IMG/VR virus record: IMGVR_UViG_3300042191_000068
Location: 224-64,223 of that record
Strand: one strand, 5' to 3'
From: a virus
Lineage: Duplodnaviria; Caudoviricetes
Length of the DNA: 64,000 nucleotides
Under the pieces are notes generated by a model. It did no database searches and was not told the DNA's origin. It was given only the letters and a program-made list of their open reading frames with translations. Positions 45,701 through 53,865 of this stretch are shown in pieces. The position numbers were made by a program, and so were the translations under genes. Positions within the stretch are counted from its first letter, which is position 1; each line of letters starts with the position of its first letter.

Positions 45701-47322
45701 GCAAGTTCAGTACTGCGTACTATATGACTTCGCCCTCGACTTTCTTGGTGCAACTTACTCAGTTGCCAGTGCTTACCCTGCCCGCCCTCTCAAGGAAGTT
45801 CGCCTCGTATCCGAAGGCCGCCGCTGCTCTCGCAGAGGGTCTGCAGAAAGCCTTCAGCAAGAAGTATAGTAAAGACGCGATGTACGGCGACGCCGATGTA
45901 AACCGCGTTTACGCCGACCTCCACATGAAGGTTACTGAGAAGAACAGGGTAGGAGATCGCCAGTTGGGCGAAGACTTCTATTCTCCTGCGGAGAAGCTGC
46001 AGAAGATTAAGGGACTGGGGACCGGCAAGGAAGGAGACTACAAGCGAGAGCTTCTCGCCCTCCGTGAGTCCCTCGCCCGAGGCGATCTGGATATCTCCGC
46101 TGTCCATGAGGCGAGCGATATCGCCCAAGGCAAACAGACGACCGCCGTAGGCAAGGTCCTGCAGTACGCGATGCTGCCCATGCAGCACGGCGAGCTGGGA
46201 AGCCGCAAGGCTACCGTGCTTTCCACCTACAAGCTCGCTACCGATGCGAAGCAGGACTTCTTCTCAGCTATGGACGCTTCGTCCGAAGTCGTCGGTGGCA
46301 CCCTCTATAATTACGCCAAGTCCGACAAGGGCTGGTTCATGCAGGGCGACACCGTCAGGACTCTGACGACGTTCCAGACGTACAGGATAAAGACCGCTCT
46401 GCGGATGGGTATCTTGCTGATGCAGTCGCTGAAGGGAGAAAGTCCCGAAGTGAAGAAAGAAGCGTTCAAGGAGTTCCTCGGAGTAACCGCCATGTCTGCA
46501 TCCCTTGCAGGGGTGCATGGCACCATAATAGGCAGTATGATCTTCGGTCTTGCCAACCTCTTCGGCGGCGATGACGACGAACCTTACGACGCAGTCCTGG
46601 AGTTCAATAATTGGGCTAATGAGCGCCTCGGCGACTTGTTCGGCGGAATACTTTCTTATGGTCTTCCAACCGCATTCGGCGTCAACGCCTCGAAGCGTAT
46701 CGGCATGGGCGACCTCTACGGTGTTTCTTCCGAGCCCCCAGAGAACATGCATGGAGCGCAGCTTGCTGCGTGGTATGCCGGCAACCTCATCGGCCCGAGC
46801 TTCTCCGTGGCGCAGTCGTGGGTCAAGGGCTACGACCAAATGGCGAACAAGGGCAATTATATGAGAGGTCTCGAAGAGGCCCTGCCCAAGCCCTTGAAGG
46901 ATGGCCTAAAGGCTATCCGCGTAGCGTCCGACGGGCTGAAGACCGGAGCAGGGAAGAAGCTCTTGGCCGACGAGGCCATCGGCCCAGATGAAATCCTGAT
47001 GATCGGCCTCGGCTTCCAGCCTGATGAAGTTGCGAAAGCTCAAGGCGCCGAACGTAGCTTGAACAAGATCGGGACCCAGCTCTCCGAAAGGAGAGGCCGA
47101 CTCATCCGCGACGCCGCCAAGGCGATCGTAGAGAGTGAGGATACTGAGGGGCCGATGGCCGCAATTGCGACCTTCAACGCGAAGCTCCCGTTATTTGCAA
47201 TCAACGGGAGCGACTTACGGCCCGCCGTCAGGCGGCTGGTCCTCGGCGAGGTTGGGACTACTGGGCTAAGGCAAAGACAAGTGGCTTCGCAGTTTGGGGT
47301 TCAGACTTACATGGGGGAGTGA
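39718..47322 (+). CDS. Large polyvalent / ejection protein (2534 aa): two HExxH metallopeptidase-like motifs, SAM methyltransferase, ART-like domain, PLxRFG-type C-terminal region
   Basis: HELVH (~42073), DIGGG...SNVLNVI...KPGG (~42840-43080), HEAGH (43369), WFGDSKVVDENGEPLVVYHGT (~43826), PLSRYG (~45067). Confidence 0.85.
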   Translation: MADFDDLLAPSEGGTFDTLLAPAAGIRQKPRSALGEIGTGLRTGVTEGLPLQAGQAMQWLGEPTGGGFRQSVYEKGKSIADAAKARQELPENKLRPGEHGAVVNSLAEGGEMLAPSLAPPLAVAAGLALLPEAVGASALAGGAATALRFAPKVVQAVSKLAPLAVSSAVGAVPAAMQAGQQTLESVQGAGASDEVARAAGWKNLFIEGVGETAGTAIGGKFAGLAGKTLGKATKATIAGTIKAATDTAVWKPFAKGLVNTAIGEVGTELGQAGLQASVEREAGVDVDPLEQMKSVVGPTLGMTAFLAPFGLHANYSNARSAKAVNTIIEDPTSATPEQRQAVVEELHKQAVANKVPDADEWLTGAKEDIAAGLPIRRVANVIREEQAEPADPATNTVQAETLNQATPEEVKIDKVEDGVATVTVGDRTVELPVKEAAEAVASGNLEEVLAEKEAKPVVEELPMRPSAPTSTNLAIGEEVWSYLPPVGKTIQDVQAETAEMSPAEKRAWFEKNEAESYRNKVAEYEVKQSRRMSEVPPLEEQVASQDEVGSETNDILFDLADQAVAAQDEADIQKRRVAFERLQAGAELASQEVRNGNLQQDSAQVAGADTLQTGDGLSSQEGRNSLEGSPAQTGSTGGQNAQLLPQEINDEFSVPEEPAGLRHEGEGATFISPTQSPEEVQARLAETEAKFAPKEQALSGGDFESLDTLSETATKQTITTGDLFATLEQSPDENVKKLGGFLKSFTPGSKLETAVKVDPTAKVANYLPGKNELTVKDLKNAPTSLHELVHSVTVRELKIRPDMQKRVREVMALVKVQVTQLGLISKDTISNIEIAGGSKTFKNKFLAGELSGMEQIGYGLLNEQEFLAQAFSSPQFQGVLKATQIKTGGKYRSAWDALVEKVMQVLGIEAKHASAFSEALSIAAQLASTEVSAPLQAQSAKGGIASRSGQGTFVARVQQDLKKFLGKGYDNLVKRGKLEVVRNANDLPQQMQRSALYAWATPQQQVSSASTSISYPDPESKSPIIFSAFRKGEITLGPTNADIGGGRFDQITDWLRSKGVTNIVWDRFNRTEEHNKLAESLLRGGQADTATVSNVLNVIPERSGRIETISTAYDAVKPGGEVFFSMYTAPKAGEVKGRDAYQTGMKPAEYKAEIEEVFGAGSVRKQGNLLVAVKSENVAQTLYAKSGKIAGSYFPSQKKVFLFSDNLKPGDAVDVMRHEAGHALLNEDKLFRAKRTAILKDFAYLAKTNPKIREAFAKVPTDTAKGFRGEEALMYWLQEPANRKHSIFKRIISAVKAALYRLGVGYGRLSESDLVALFSQGTKAWSRREQDQDLTKGRTLGEVLGEFAQDAKLSVKEAGRKIQGLDAFKKWFGDSKVVDENGEPLVVYHGTNASDFSTFDTKTPEASWFSADPSYASEYADGEEDARLYPVYLRLTNPFDFGFRDTLTRVTIADMASRVKQGVLDSFAAGRIGKDEARKLVADLDDVSRRKVHVGVYSPVYQWWQGEFALTDALRAAGYDGIVAREGGKSQYPTFAVFEPTQIKSIFNRGTWSQTDPDILFSKVSDKMKEGQAKIDQILDAVQNPKSRLRDIYVKYAPQWLAVTPRSHLAQTLGKRIHWLADIDTHNKKMEAIKAQLPDDFYAIYQDAESVAKKNSGLKAFNNLLLTGTFNQMTPWLDLEEQDWYGKSLVETEKAWKKEGMAKTTGKSFAEAYQEVRTAWNGLKPAEQEQVKKIVGYLASLRERERNNLLAVLEASSEGNPTLREQLMTQFNATFSKLRGIYVPLSRYGDYILKFTTKDGREQTEFFMSPGERRVFRKQMEAQGVDPDTFVEDVKRETQKGEAVIPQALREQLGKALEAKYLTGVDLEDAGAVSEAQARAADAFSDLNQVILRWMPETSALKNSIHRKNVLGASTDMLRSSMDYVLRHAGSIAWMEYGRKIEADIQGFEEETKGRVKERKGSINTDMRTHLVNDARRWFQAVKNERVSPIASTLGKFSTAYYMTSPSTFLVQLTQLPVLTLPALSRKFASYPKAAAALAEGLQKAFSKKYSKDAMYGDADVNRVYADLHMKVTEKNRVGDRQLGEDFYSPAEKLQKIKGLGTGKEGDYKRELLALRESLARGDLDISAVHEASDIAQGKQTTAVGKVLQYAMLPMQHGELGSRKATVLSTYKLATDAKQDFFSAMDASSEVVGGTLYNYAKSDKGWFMQGDTVRTLTTFQTYRIKTALRMGILLMQSLKGESPEVKKEAFKEFLGVTAMSASLAGVHGTIIGSMIFGLANLFGGDDDEPYDAVLEFNNWANERLGDLFGGILSYGLPTAFGVNASKRIGMGDLYGVSSEPPENMHGAQLAAWYAGNLIGPSFSVAQSWVKGYDQMANKGNYMRGLEEALPKPLKDGLKAIRVASDGLKTGAGKKLLADEAIGPDEILMIGLGFQPDEVAKAQGAERSLNKIGTQLSERRGRLIRDAAKAIVESEDTEGPMAAIATFNAKLPLFAINGSDLRPAVRRLVLGEVGTTGLRQRQVASQFGVQTYMGE

Positions 47323-47509
47323 CCGGAAGGTCACTCTTTCTCCCATTCCTCGGAATGCAGAACGTCACCATGAATGCTCCTTCGTCGTCGGAGCATTCAT
47401 ACCCCTCCTCCCAGCATTCCGACTTAGTCCTTCCTCCTAGATAAGCGTCGTCGGCATATTTCCACAGGACATCGATCGCGGCTTGTACTTCCTTCGGCCA
47501 TTCTTTCAT
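47258..47509 (-). CDS. Hypothetical protein (C-terminus uncertain)
   Basis: ATGA-coupled; overlaps the convergent gene end. Confidence 0.55.
   Translation of the reverse strand: MKEWPKEVQAAIDVLWKYADDAYLGGRTKSECWEEGYECSDDEGAFMVTFCIPRNGRKSDLPVTPPCKSEPQTAKPLVFALAQ
47317..47340 (+). terminator. Intrinsic terminator at the convergent junction
   Basis: GAGTGACC-GGAA-GGTCACTC-TTT, overlapping the TGA stop of the giant gene. Confidence 0.75.
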
Positions 47510-48120
47510 CTCTCCCCCATCAGCCGGTCAGCGGCGATCGCCGCGTAGCCGCAAATATCGACATACGAGTCTCGTTTTAACTTCTGCCCCTGGCACCGAG
47601 CGACCTTGAATAAGATCATCATGTGGTCCACATCCAGAGATGTGAGCAAGTCCACCAATTTGTACTCGGCAGGATCGAAGCCATGGGCGATCAAAACTTT
47701 TTTCTGCACCTCTATGAGGTAAGTACTCCAGTACTTCGCCACCAAGGCGAACGAGTCCTCCGGGTTTCCATACTGATCTTGCCGCTCACCGCAGATCGTC
47801 GCTTTGGCTTCGCCGAGGCAGTCGTCTAGTTTCGGTGCTTCGCCACCGGCCTGCAGAAGGGCCGATCTGCTTATTTCCCTTATGTTTTCGTCCATAGCCA
47901 TCTGGCACAACGCCTGTCTATGCGCGGCTTCGATTGCGTCTTCCGCTTTCTTCACTCTATCTTCTGCCATCTTGACGGCAATGTCGTCGTGGTTCATCGG
48001 CGCGACATCCGCGCAGTCTACCGACCCTGTCAAAGACAGGGCGCCGCATCTCTGACACAGCCAGTACCCGGACCCATACGGTGAAAGTCCTTCCGTTGCT
48101 CCGCACGTAGTACATTTCAT
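47506..48120 (-). CDS. DUF6378-type protein with N-terminal Zn finger
   Basis: CTTC...CQRC; ERQDQYGNPEDSF..A.YW...K.AR...DSYVDICGYAA. Confidence 0.8.
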   Translation of the reverse strand: MKCTTCGATEGLSPYGSGYWLCQRCGALSLTGSVDCADVAPMNHDDIAVKMAEDRVKKAEDAIEAAHRQALCQMAMDENIREISRSALLQAGGEAPKLDDCLGEAKATICGERQDQYGNPEDSFALVAKYWSTYLIEVQKKVLIAHGFDPAEYKLVDLLTSLDVDHMMILFKVARCQGQKLKRDSYVDICGYAAIAADRLMGER

Positions 48121-48347
48121 TTCTTTTCCTCCCTCAGTCGAAGTAAGTTCTCGCACATAGTGCGAAGTATCCCAATCAGTCTAACGTCTTCCTGCGCCGA
48201 ATGAACCCACATCAGGACGATGATGCAGAGGACGCCGCCGGCTATGTTTCCTGTCGCTCCGAGATAAGCACCCCACAAGCCGAAGGCCGCTACGTAGGCG
48301 ATAAGACACTCGCTTAGCAGCGCGGACTGGTGTTCTGAGAGTTTCAT
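48117..48347 (-). CDS. Small two-TM membrane protein (76 aa)
   Basis: Two hydrophobic helices. Confidence 0.65.
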   Translation of the reverse strand: MKLSEHQSALLSECLIAYVAAFGLWGAYLGATGNIAGGVLCIIVLMWVHSAQEDVRLIGILRTMCENLLRLREEKK

Positions 48348-49219
48348 AAAAACTCCTCCCAAGGCACAAGGCCCATAAGCCGTACCATGTCAGGGTGAGC
48401 AGCCGGCGAAGTTCGAAGTTTCCTTATGTGCGCCCACTCTTTTGCGTCCGCAGTGACGACGATCTCAGTCTTCAAAGCGTTTGGCAGGACGGCTCGGGCT
48501 TGTTGGGGTTTGAGTTCTTCACCGAGGGTAAGGCGTCTGTAGTAGATCTCCGCGAACTCGCACAACTCTCTGAAGTACCTCCTTGCGTCCCAAGACCACT
48601 CGGCGTAGCCGGCAGGCTCAATAAACTCCATCTCCTTCCCAGCGTAGTTCACGTACCGCGTACTCTCCTGAGCGAAAGAGCAAGGACGATGACGGACCAA
48701 CTCATGGGATACTCCCCTGTCACAGATAAACTTGGCGGAGTACCTGTGAAGCTCTTTTGGGATTTCGCTGTGGGAGCAGGGGTGCCACCCTGCAGTATAT
48801 ACTGCGGCTTCTTTGGACGCCCAGAATAATCCACTGTAGGCGTTATAAAACGGTGCGAAAATGTAATCCTTCCATCCATACTTCTTGTCTTGCTGGAACC
48901 ACGCTGTGAGATTACCGCCGATGTAGAAAAAGTCGTGGTCGGCGCGGACAGTAAGAAATTTTCCTGCCCTTGTTACCAAGGCTGAGATGGTGTCGTCCGG
49001 AGCGCCTACCTGTTTTCGCACCACAAAATTCGAATGTTCAACCATAGCCAAATGGCCGGCCTTAATAAGGCGCTTGACGAACGACTCGGCGCTCGTAGAG
49101 GATATTTTATCCTCGGACTTGTAACAAGTACGTCCCGCCATCTCGATGAACTTCAAGGCGTTCTCATAATCAGTAGGCACCGCGCCGAAAAACTCAACTC
49201 TTGGCTTCACTATTTTCAT
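48344..49219 (-). CDS. thyX: FAD-dependent thymidylate synthase
   Basis: AGRTCYKS, GHLAMVEH, RGVSHELVRHRPCSFAQESTRY, ARAVLPN, AAHP. Confidence 0.93.
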   Translation of the reverse strand: MKIVKPRVEFFGAVPTDYENALKFIEMAGRTCYKSEDKISSTSAESFVKRLIKAGHLAMVEHSNFVVRKQVGAPDDTISALVTRAGKFLTVRADHDFFYIGGNLTAWFQQDKKYGWKDYIFAPFYNAYSGLFWASKEAAVYTAGWHPCSHSEIPKELHRYSAKFICDRGVSHELVRHRPCSFAQESTRYVNYAGKEMEFIEPAGYAEWSWDARRYFRELCEFAEIYYRRLTLGEELKPQQARAVLPNALKTEIVVTADAKEWAHIRKLRTSPAAHPDMVRLMGLVPWEEFL

Positions 49220-49337
49220 TTCTATTCTCCTCCCGCTCAAGAATTTCAATTATCCTATCAACCCCGTCGGTAATGCCTTCCCAAGGCATAAGCTGCGCAG
49301 CTACCCACAACTCGTGGGCAAGTTCTTCGATTGTCAC
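49194..49337 (-). CDS. Hypothetical protein (47 aa)
   Basis: Manual ORF MTIEELAHELWVAAQ...; GTGA overlap. Confidence 0.55.
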   Translation of the reverse strand: MTIEELAHELWVAAQLMPWEGITDGVDRIIEILEREENRNENSEAKS

Positions 49338-49534
49338 TTCGTGTTCTCCTTCACCATCCAATCAGGTTTCCAAATAGGATACTGGTCGAAGACCAGAGTG
49401 AACTTCTCGTGGCAGTGCGGGCACGAGCTTGTCGCACCGATCTCGACTTCCTTGCCCTCATACTCGCAGGCTACATCTGCGACGCAGCAACGGAGAACTC
49501 CGCCTACCTTGATCTTCGTGTCTTCGAGTTTCAT
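49334..49534 (-). CDS. Small Cys-rich protein (66 aa)
   Basis: RCC...CPHC. Confidence 0.65.
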   Translation of the reverse strand: MKLEDTKIKVGGVLRCCVADVACEYEGKEVEIGATSSCPHCHEKFTLVFDQYPIWKPDWMVKENTK

Positions 49535-49725
49535 CTCTTCTCCCTCCAATTCCGGCAAGGCCGGTTTGATGTATAGTAAATCCACCCTGCGGGCAGGGTC
49601 CGAATGAACTGAGCTGCTTCTCCGTAGGAGACGGCTTCGCCGATCGTCTCCGCCTTCGGGCTGACTCGCCAGGAGTAGAACTCCCCGGCGTCGTACTGCT
49701 TCTTCGTTCGTTGGATGTAGATCAT
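49531..49725 (-). CDS. Hypothetical protein (64 aa)
   Basis: ATGA-coupled. Confidence 0.55.
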   Translation of the reverse strand: MIYIQRTKKQYDAGEFYSWRVSPKAETIGEAVSYGEAAQFIRTLPAGWIYYTSNRPCRNWREKR

Positions 49726-49910
49726 TCGTCCTCCCCGGCGAAGTTGATCTCCTCCTGCATGTCCTTCGTGATGATGACTCCGTCGAAGTCTCCGGAGGCT
49801 AAAAGCGCCTTAGCCAAGGCTTTAGCCATTGACAGACCTTCGTCGAAAAACGTAAATCTGAGTCCTTGGTAGTCCTTCTTATAAGTTGCTTCAAGCCTGT
49901 ATGTGTTCAT
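49722..49910 (-). CDS. Hypothetical protein (62 aa)
   Basis: SD GGAGG. Confidence 0.6.
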   Translation of the reverse strand: MNTYRLEATYKKDYQGLRFTFFDEGLSMAKALAKALLASGDFDGVIITKDMQEEINFAGEDE

Positions 49911-50097
49911 CCTCCTCCCCTCCTCCCTGCGCCTCTGTCACCTCGTGACAGATAGCGTCAACTATTCTTCTTAACTTCTCGTTCTCCGGCCTGTTCTCGA
50001 AAGGCGTTGTTGCGAGAACGAAGTTCTTGCCGATCAAGAGATAAAAGTTTTCCTCGTCCAGTACAATTTTCCTGCGGATGCAGGCTTCGCCTTTCAT
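49891..50097 (-). CDS. Hypothetical protein (68 aa)
   Basis: ATGA-coupled to the primase gene. Confidence 0.6.
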   Translation of the reverse strand: MKGEACIRRKIVLDEENFYLLIGKNFVLATTPFENRPENEKLRRIVDAICHEVTEAQGGGEEDEHIQA

Positions 50098-52982
50098 TCC
50101 TTCCCTCCAATTTTCCCACTCCCAGGCAATGCCGGGAGCTTCGCCAATTCTTCCGCAGTTTCAATCAGCCGTTGCGCAGTAAACCCAAGCCGACGACAGG
50201 AGACATTAATTTCCCAAGTAGCTTGAGACGCAGAAGAGAACCATGTCCCGGCGCCAAGATTCTTCATCTTGTTCGCCTCGACCAGAGCTTTCATCTCGAT
50301 CAGATCCCGCTTCAGTTTGGTGTACGACCCAAACCTCTTAGACAGCCACGTCTTTAACGTAGGCCGAGAAATATACATCCGCTGAGTATCGATCTCGTAG
50401 CGGACGTAGAGCGCGCCTCGTGGCGCCTCGATCACCTGACAGCCCTGTTTTGACAAGGCACTACCCTTCACGATCAGCCTGTTCCCAGCATGATCGTCGA
50501 GGAATTGGGCGAGGATGGTGACGGAGTCTCCAGACAGCTCCTGTTTGTCGGTCCTCATCTCTCGGATAGTCTCCTCCGCCCACTTCATTACAGGGGCGAT
50601 CTCGAAGTCGATAAGGCCAAGCCGCTTCGCGATTAACCCGCCATAGATGGCGACGCTTGCGATCGCCGACCAGAACCTCTCTCCGCCTTGAGTTGCGGCC
50701 TTCGCCTCAATCCTGGTCTTGATCTTGTCAAGATCAGCCCGCAGACCTTTTACATTTTTCACCAGCCACTCTGCGTACTTCTCCCCGGCGTGCCCGAAGT
50801 TCTCAGTAATCGTCCAGTACAGGTCAGTCGTCAGCGGCTCGACGAACAGCTCATGTTTGTTGACGTAGTACTCAAAGACCCGGTTTATCTCCGCCGAGGC
50901 GTCAACTTTAGTTGACGACAACTTGTCGACAAGTGACTCGTTTGAACTCGTCACTGCGAGGGTATTCCACCTGTTAAGATTGCTCAACTCCTTTGAGTCC
51001 CGGCCAAGGCGGGTACGCTCCCTACCTTGCGTGATCTGGTACAGGAGGTTGGAGACCTTCATCGCCTCCATGTTGGTGACTTCGTCGATGGTAAGCGGCA
51101 AGGTGTTATACACGCCAAGCCTGGAGATCATCGACAAATCGGTATCGTTTTTCGTCATCATCAGGTCTTGGTGAGCGCCCCAGACCGACTGGATCATCAT
51201 AAGAAGAAGCGTCTTCCCGGCGCCCGACTGCCCGACCATTGAGATCGCCGCGCCGTCGAAACCGGTGAACTTCAGCAGCGGAGCGCCGAAGCCTCCAGCG
51301 AGGAGCGCAAAGGCGAACGGCTCCATCCCCGGCTCGTTCAATACTCGGGTAGCTTTCACCCACTCGCTGAGATCCCCCGCCGTCCGGTACCCGCCGGCAG
51401 CCGCCGGCACGTTGTGGGCAAGGCTCGCCTCTTCGGACGAACCGTCTGAATGCAGGATCTTTTTGCCAAGAACGAACATCTCCTTGCCGTCTCTGGCCGT
51501 CGCCCATCCCATCTGGCACAGGTAGTGCGACATACGGCGCATCCTCTGGAGTTTACTTTGGTATCCTTCCATATAGTTCACCATGAATTTCTTATCTCGG
51601 TTCCCGACGATCTTGATATGATTATCTCCAAGGAGAGTAATCAATGCTTTCGGGTCATTGACCATTGACGACCGAATAGTGCATTCTAAATGCCCCTCGT
51701 GAGGGAGGGAGTGCTTGATCGTCATAACCTCGTAGCCGAGGGATTGGTCATATGCCAGTCTGTCGACGTAAAGATCGCAGTCATAGAAACGTACCCACTG
51801 GTCGTCGACCGCAACGTACAGGCCGTCAGGGCTTCTCCTGAAGCCATCTGGTGGGGGGCACTGTTCTTCGACCGGCGCAAGCTCTTTCGGCTCCGGCTTG
51901 CCGAGAACGATCGGACTCTTTATTTTCCCGTTGCTTGGGCAGCCGATACAGCCTGTCGGGTTCAGTTCTCCGAACTTGGCACAGGTCGTCGGGCCGATGC
52001 CGGTCCCTCGCCACTGGGCGATCTTCCTGCTTGTCTCCTCAGGGGAGTAGTCCGGGTGCCCGGACGACCACTCATGGGCGACAGCATCGCCATCTTCGCA
52101 GTGGATAACCAGCCCGAGGGTATTGTACCACAACGGCTCTGAGACGTTGCCCTTCGCTTCGCGAACCTCGCGCACTTGTGCGCATTTATCCGCAACGTGG
52201 TCGGCGTTGCTTGGGGGACCTGTCGGACCGAGGCCGGCGTAGAAGTCAGCATTGATATCTACCGCCTTCGGGGGGAGGATCATCTCCCGGTTAATCTTCT
52301 TTCGCTTCGCGGCTTCACCGAGCAGGTTTACGAAGTCGAGGAACTCGATCGGTTCTACGTCCCTTAGAAGGACTACAGGTCGCTCTGCGTCTGGGTACTT
52401 TCTATTCGTCATCCCTGGCGGGCGCAGCACTGTCGACGGGTCGCTAGTCTTGGAGGAATCACCTCCTATTGCGGGGGAATATGTAGCTACTACCTTCTTT
52501 AGGAGTTGTGCGATGGTCTTCCATTGATTGGCCGGCACTGCCTGCGCCAATATCCAGTGAGCGTAAAAACCGTGGCCAGAGCTGACAACTGCCGGGAACG
52601 GCAGACCTGTTTCCCGGACAAACTTCTTCAGTTCATCGACCGCCGCCTTCCGAGTCTTCAGCGGCCACTTCTCGCCTACATCGATATCGAGAAAAAAATT
52701 CTTAAGTTGGTGCGCATTTGCGTGTGTGCGAAGTCCTACATAGGCTCCACCAGCGGGGACGGCCTTGTTCTGCTCCTTCGCGGCCTCAACCTTCCCCGCA
52801 TCGAACGTAGCCTGTGCGATAAAGACAGTGTTTCCAGCCCCGTTAAGAGCGCTAAGGCGCGTCTCTGCTTCTTGCAGCCGAGCATGGAAAAAATGCCTCC
52901 ACTTGGGCTTTTTGCCTTGCTGAGGAATCAGCAGCGCTACGCAATATAACCCTTCCGTCGGGAGGAGCTTGGATAGGAACAT
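50094..52982 (-). CDS. Primase-helicase: AEP-like N-terminus, PriCT-like middle, DUF927/SF3 helicase (962 aa)
   Basis: FFLDID, SSGHGFYAHW, LRPPGMTNRK, EPLWY, Walker A GQSGAGKT, Walker B TIDE. Confidence 0.88.
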   Translation of the reverse strand: MFLSKLLPTEGLYCVALLIPQQGKKPKWRHFFHARLQEAETRLSALNGAGNTVFIAQATFDAGKVEAAKEQNKAVPAGGAYVGLRTHANAHQLKNFFLDIDVGEKWPLKTRKAAVDELKKFVRETGLPFPAVVSSGHGFYAHWILAQAVPANQWKTIAQLLKKVVATYSPAIGGDSSKTSDPSTVLRPPGMTNRKYPDAERPVVLLRDVEPIEFLDFVNLLGEAAKRKKINREMILPPKAVDINADFYAGLGPTGPPSNADHVADKCAQVREVREAKGNVSEPLWYNTLGLVIHCEDGDAVAHEWSSGHPDYSPEETSRKIAQWRGTGIGPTTCAKFGELNPTGCIGCPSNGKIKSPIVLGKPEPKELAPVEEQCPPPDGFRRSPDGLYVAVDDQWVRFYDCDLYVDRLAYDQSLGYEVMTIKHSLPHEGHLECTIRSSMVNDPKALITLLGDNHIKIVGNRDKKFMVNYMEGYQSKLQRMRRMSHYLCQMGWATARDGKEMFVLGKKILHSDGSSEEASLAHNVPAAAGGYRTAGDLSEWVKATRVLNEPGMEPFAFALLAGGFGAPLLKFTGFDGAAISMVGQSGAGKTLLLMMIQSVWGAHQDLMMTKNDTDLSMISRLGVYNTLPLTIDEVTNMEAMKVSNLLYQITQGRERTRLGRDSKELSNLNRWNTLAVTSSNESLVDKLSSTKVDASAEINRVFEYYVNKHELFVEPLTTDLYWTITENFGHAGEKYAEWLVKNVKGLRADLDKIKTRIEAKAATQGGERFWSAIASVAIYGGLIAKRLGLIDFEIAPVMKWAEETIREMRTDKQELSGDSVTILAQFLDDHAGNRLIVKGSALSKQGCQVIEAPRGALYVRYEIDTQRMYISRPTLKTWLSKRFGSYTKLKRDLIEMKALVEANKMKNLGAGTWFSSASQATWEINVSCRRLGFTAQRLIETAEELAKLPALPGSGKIGGKE

Positions 52983-53060
52983 TATCGCACCCCCTTGTAG
53001 CCCTTCGGAAGGGCGAACTTTGTTCGCAACATGTTGTGCCTCCGCAGAGAAATGAACTTA

Positions 53061-53357
53061 CTACTCTACTCGTTTTGTTGCTGCGTTGGCAATGATTTTC
53101 CTCAGAAGCTTTATTCTCTCGTCCGTCTTCATCGGGTTTTGTAACGGCAGTTTACCTTCGGAGACTGCCCTTTCTAAAAGGATGGCAAACTTTACCATCA
53201 CTCTGTCAAGACGGAGGAAGTCTCGGACGGTGCCCCCATTTTTCCACTTGTAAAGCGTTTCCCTGCTTATACTGGTAAGACGTTGAACGTCGACCATGCT
53301 GATCTCCGCCCGGTCTATCGACCGGAAGATTTGCTCTACTTTCTCTTTCGTTGTCAC
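53061..53357 (-). CDS. HTH DNA-binding protein (98 aa)
   Basis: ISMVDVQRLTSISRETLYKWKNG; directly upstream of the primase gene. Confidence 0.75.
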   Translation of the reverse strand: MTTKEKVEQIFRSIDRAEISMVDVQRLTSISRETLYKWKNGGTVRDFLRLDRVMVKFAILLERAVSEGKLPLQNPMKTDERIKLLRKIIANAATKRVE

Positions 53358-53369
53358 GGCGTAACTCTC

Positions 53370-53864
53370 TTATTCGCCCAACTTGAATGGCGAAACAATT
53401 AGTTTTGGCTCAACATAAATAGGCCGAACATCTTTTCCAGAAGGATCTTTACACATCACCCACGTGCCGTCGGCAGACGCCGGAGAGAAAAGACCGTTAG
53501 GGTCAGCTTGTGGAAGCGTGATGGGGCCAGACGAGAACCAGGTATGTTTTTCTGGACTGGTATACTGAGTAGCATACGGAATCCCGTAACCGATCGAGTC
53601 ACACAGGAATATTTTCTTGCCGGTCATCTCGCTGAAAAGATACGTATACGTGGTTAGACCTGTCTGGTCGCGAAGTTCAAGGATTTCCTTCAGAAGTTTG
53701 CGCTCCCTGAAATTCTTTATGGCCGGCATCCCGGTTTGCATGGTAGCCTCTTTCGCCATCTGTTCCTGTTGTTTCGCCTGTATATCGTCACTCGAAGACT
53801 GAGTGTCGCAAGAACCGGCCATGAGAAGCGGGGATAGGGCCAAGAAAAAAAGTAGTTTCTTCAT
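53370..53864 (-). CDS. Lipoprotein (164 aa)
   Basis: Signal peptide with lipobox AGSC; SIGYGIPYATQYT...PQADPNGLF. Confidence 0.8.
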   Translation of the reverse strand: MKKLLFFLALSPLLMAGSCDTQSSSDDIQAKQQEQMAKEATMQTGMPAIKNFRERKLLKEILELRDQTGLTTYTYLFSEMTGKKIFLCDSIGYGIPYATQYTSPEKHTWFSSGPITLPQADPNGLFSPASADGTWVMCKDPSGKDVRPIYVEPKLIVSPFKLGE

Positions 53865-53865
53865 C

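Noticed and set aside
44452-45753. Long antisense or alternate-frame ORFs in the track (for example 44452..45753, 5500..6372, 2008..2556, 36867..37502)
   Set aside because: They lie opposite well-supported genes, lack SD/coupling and lack motifs; this is expected in GC-rich coding DNA.
39718-47322. N4-type virion RNA polymerase, suggested by the N4-gp56-type capsid protein and a giant gene
   Set aside because: No single-subunit RNAP motifs seen; the domains are polyvalent-protein types and the promoters are host sigma70-like.
47258-47360. Hidden -1 frameshift giving a natural EEWEKE* end, and a similar lost stop before 56274
   Set aside because: Suggestive only; cannot be distinguished from real C-terminal extension or fusion without homologs.
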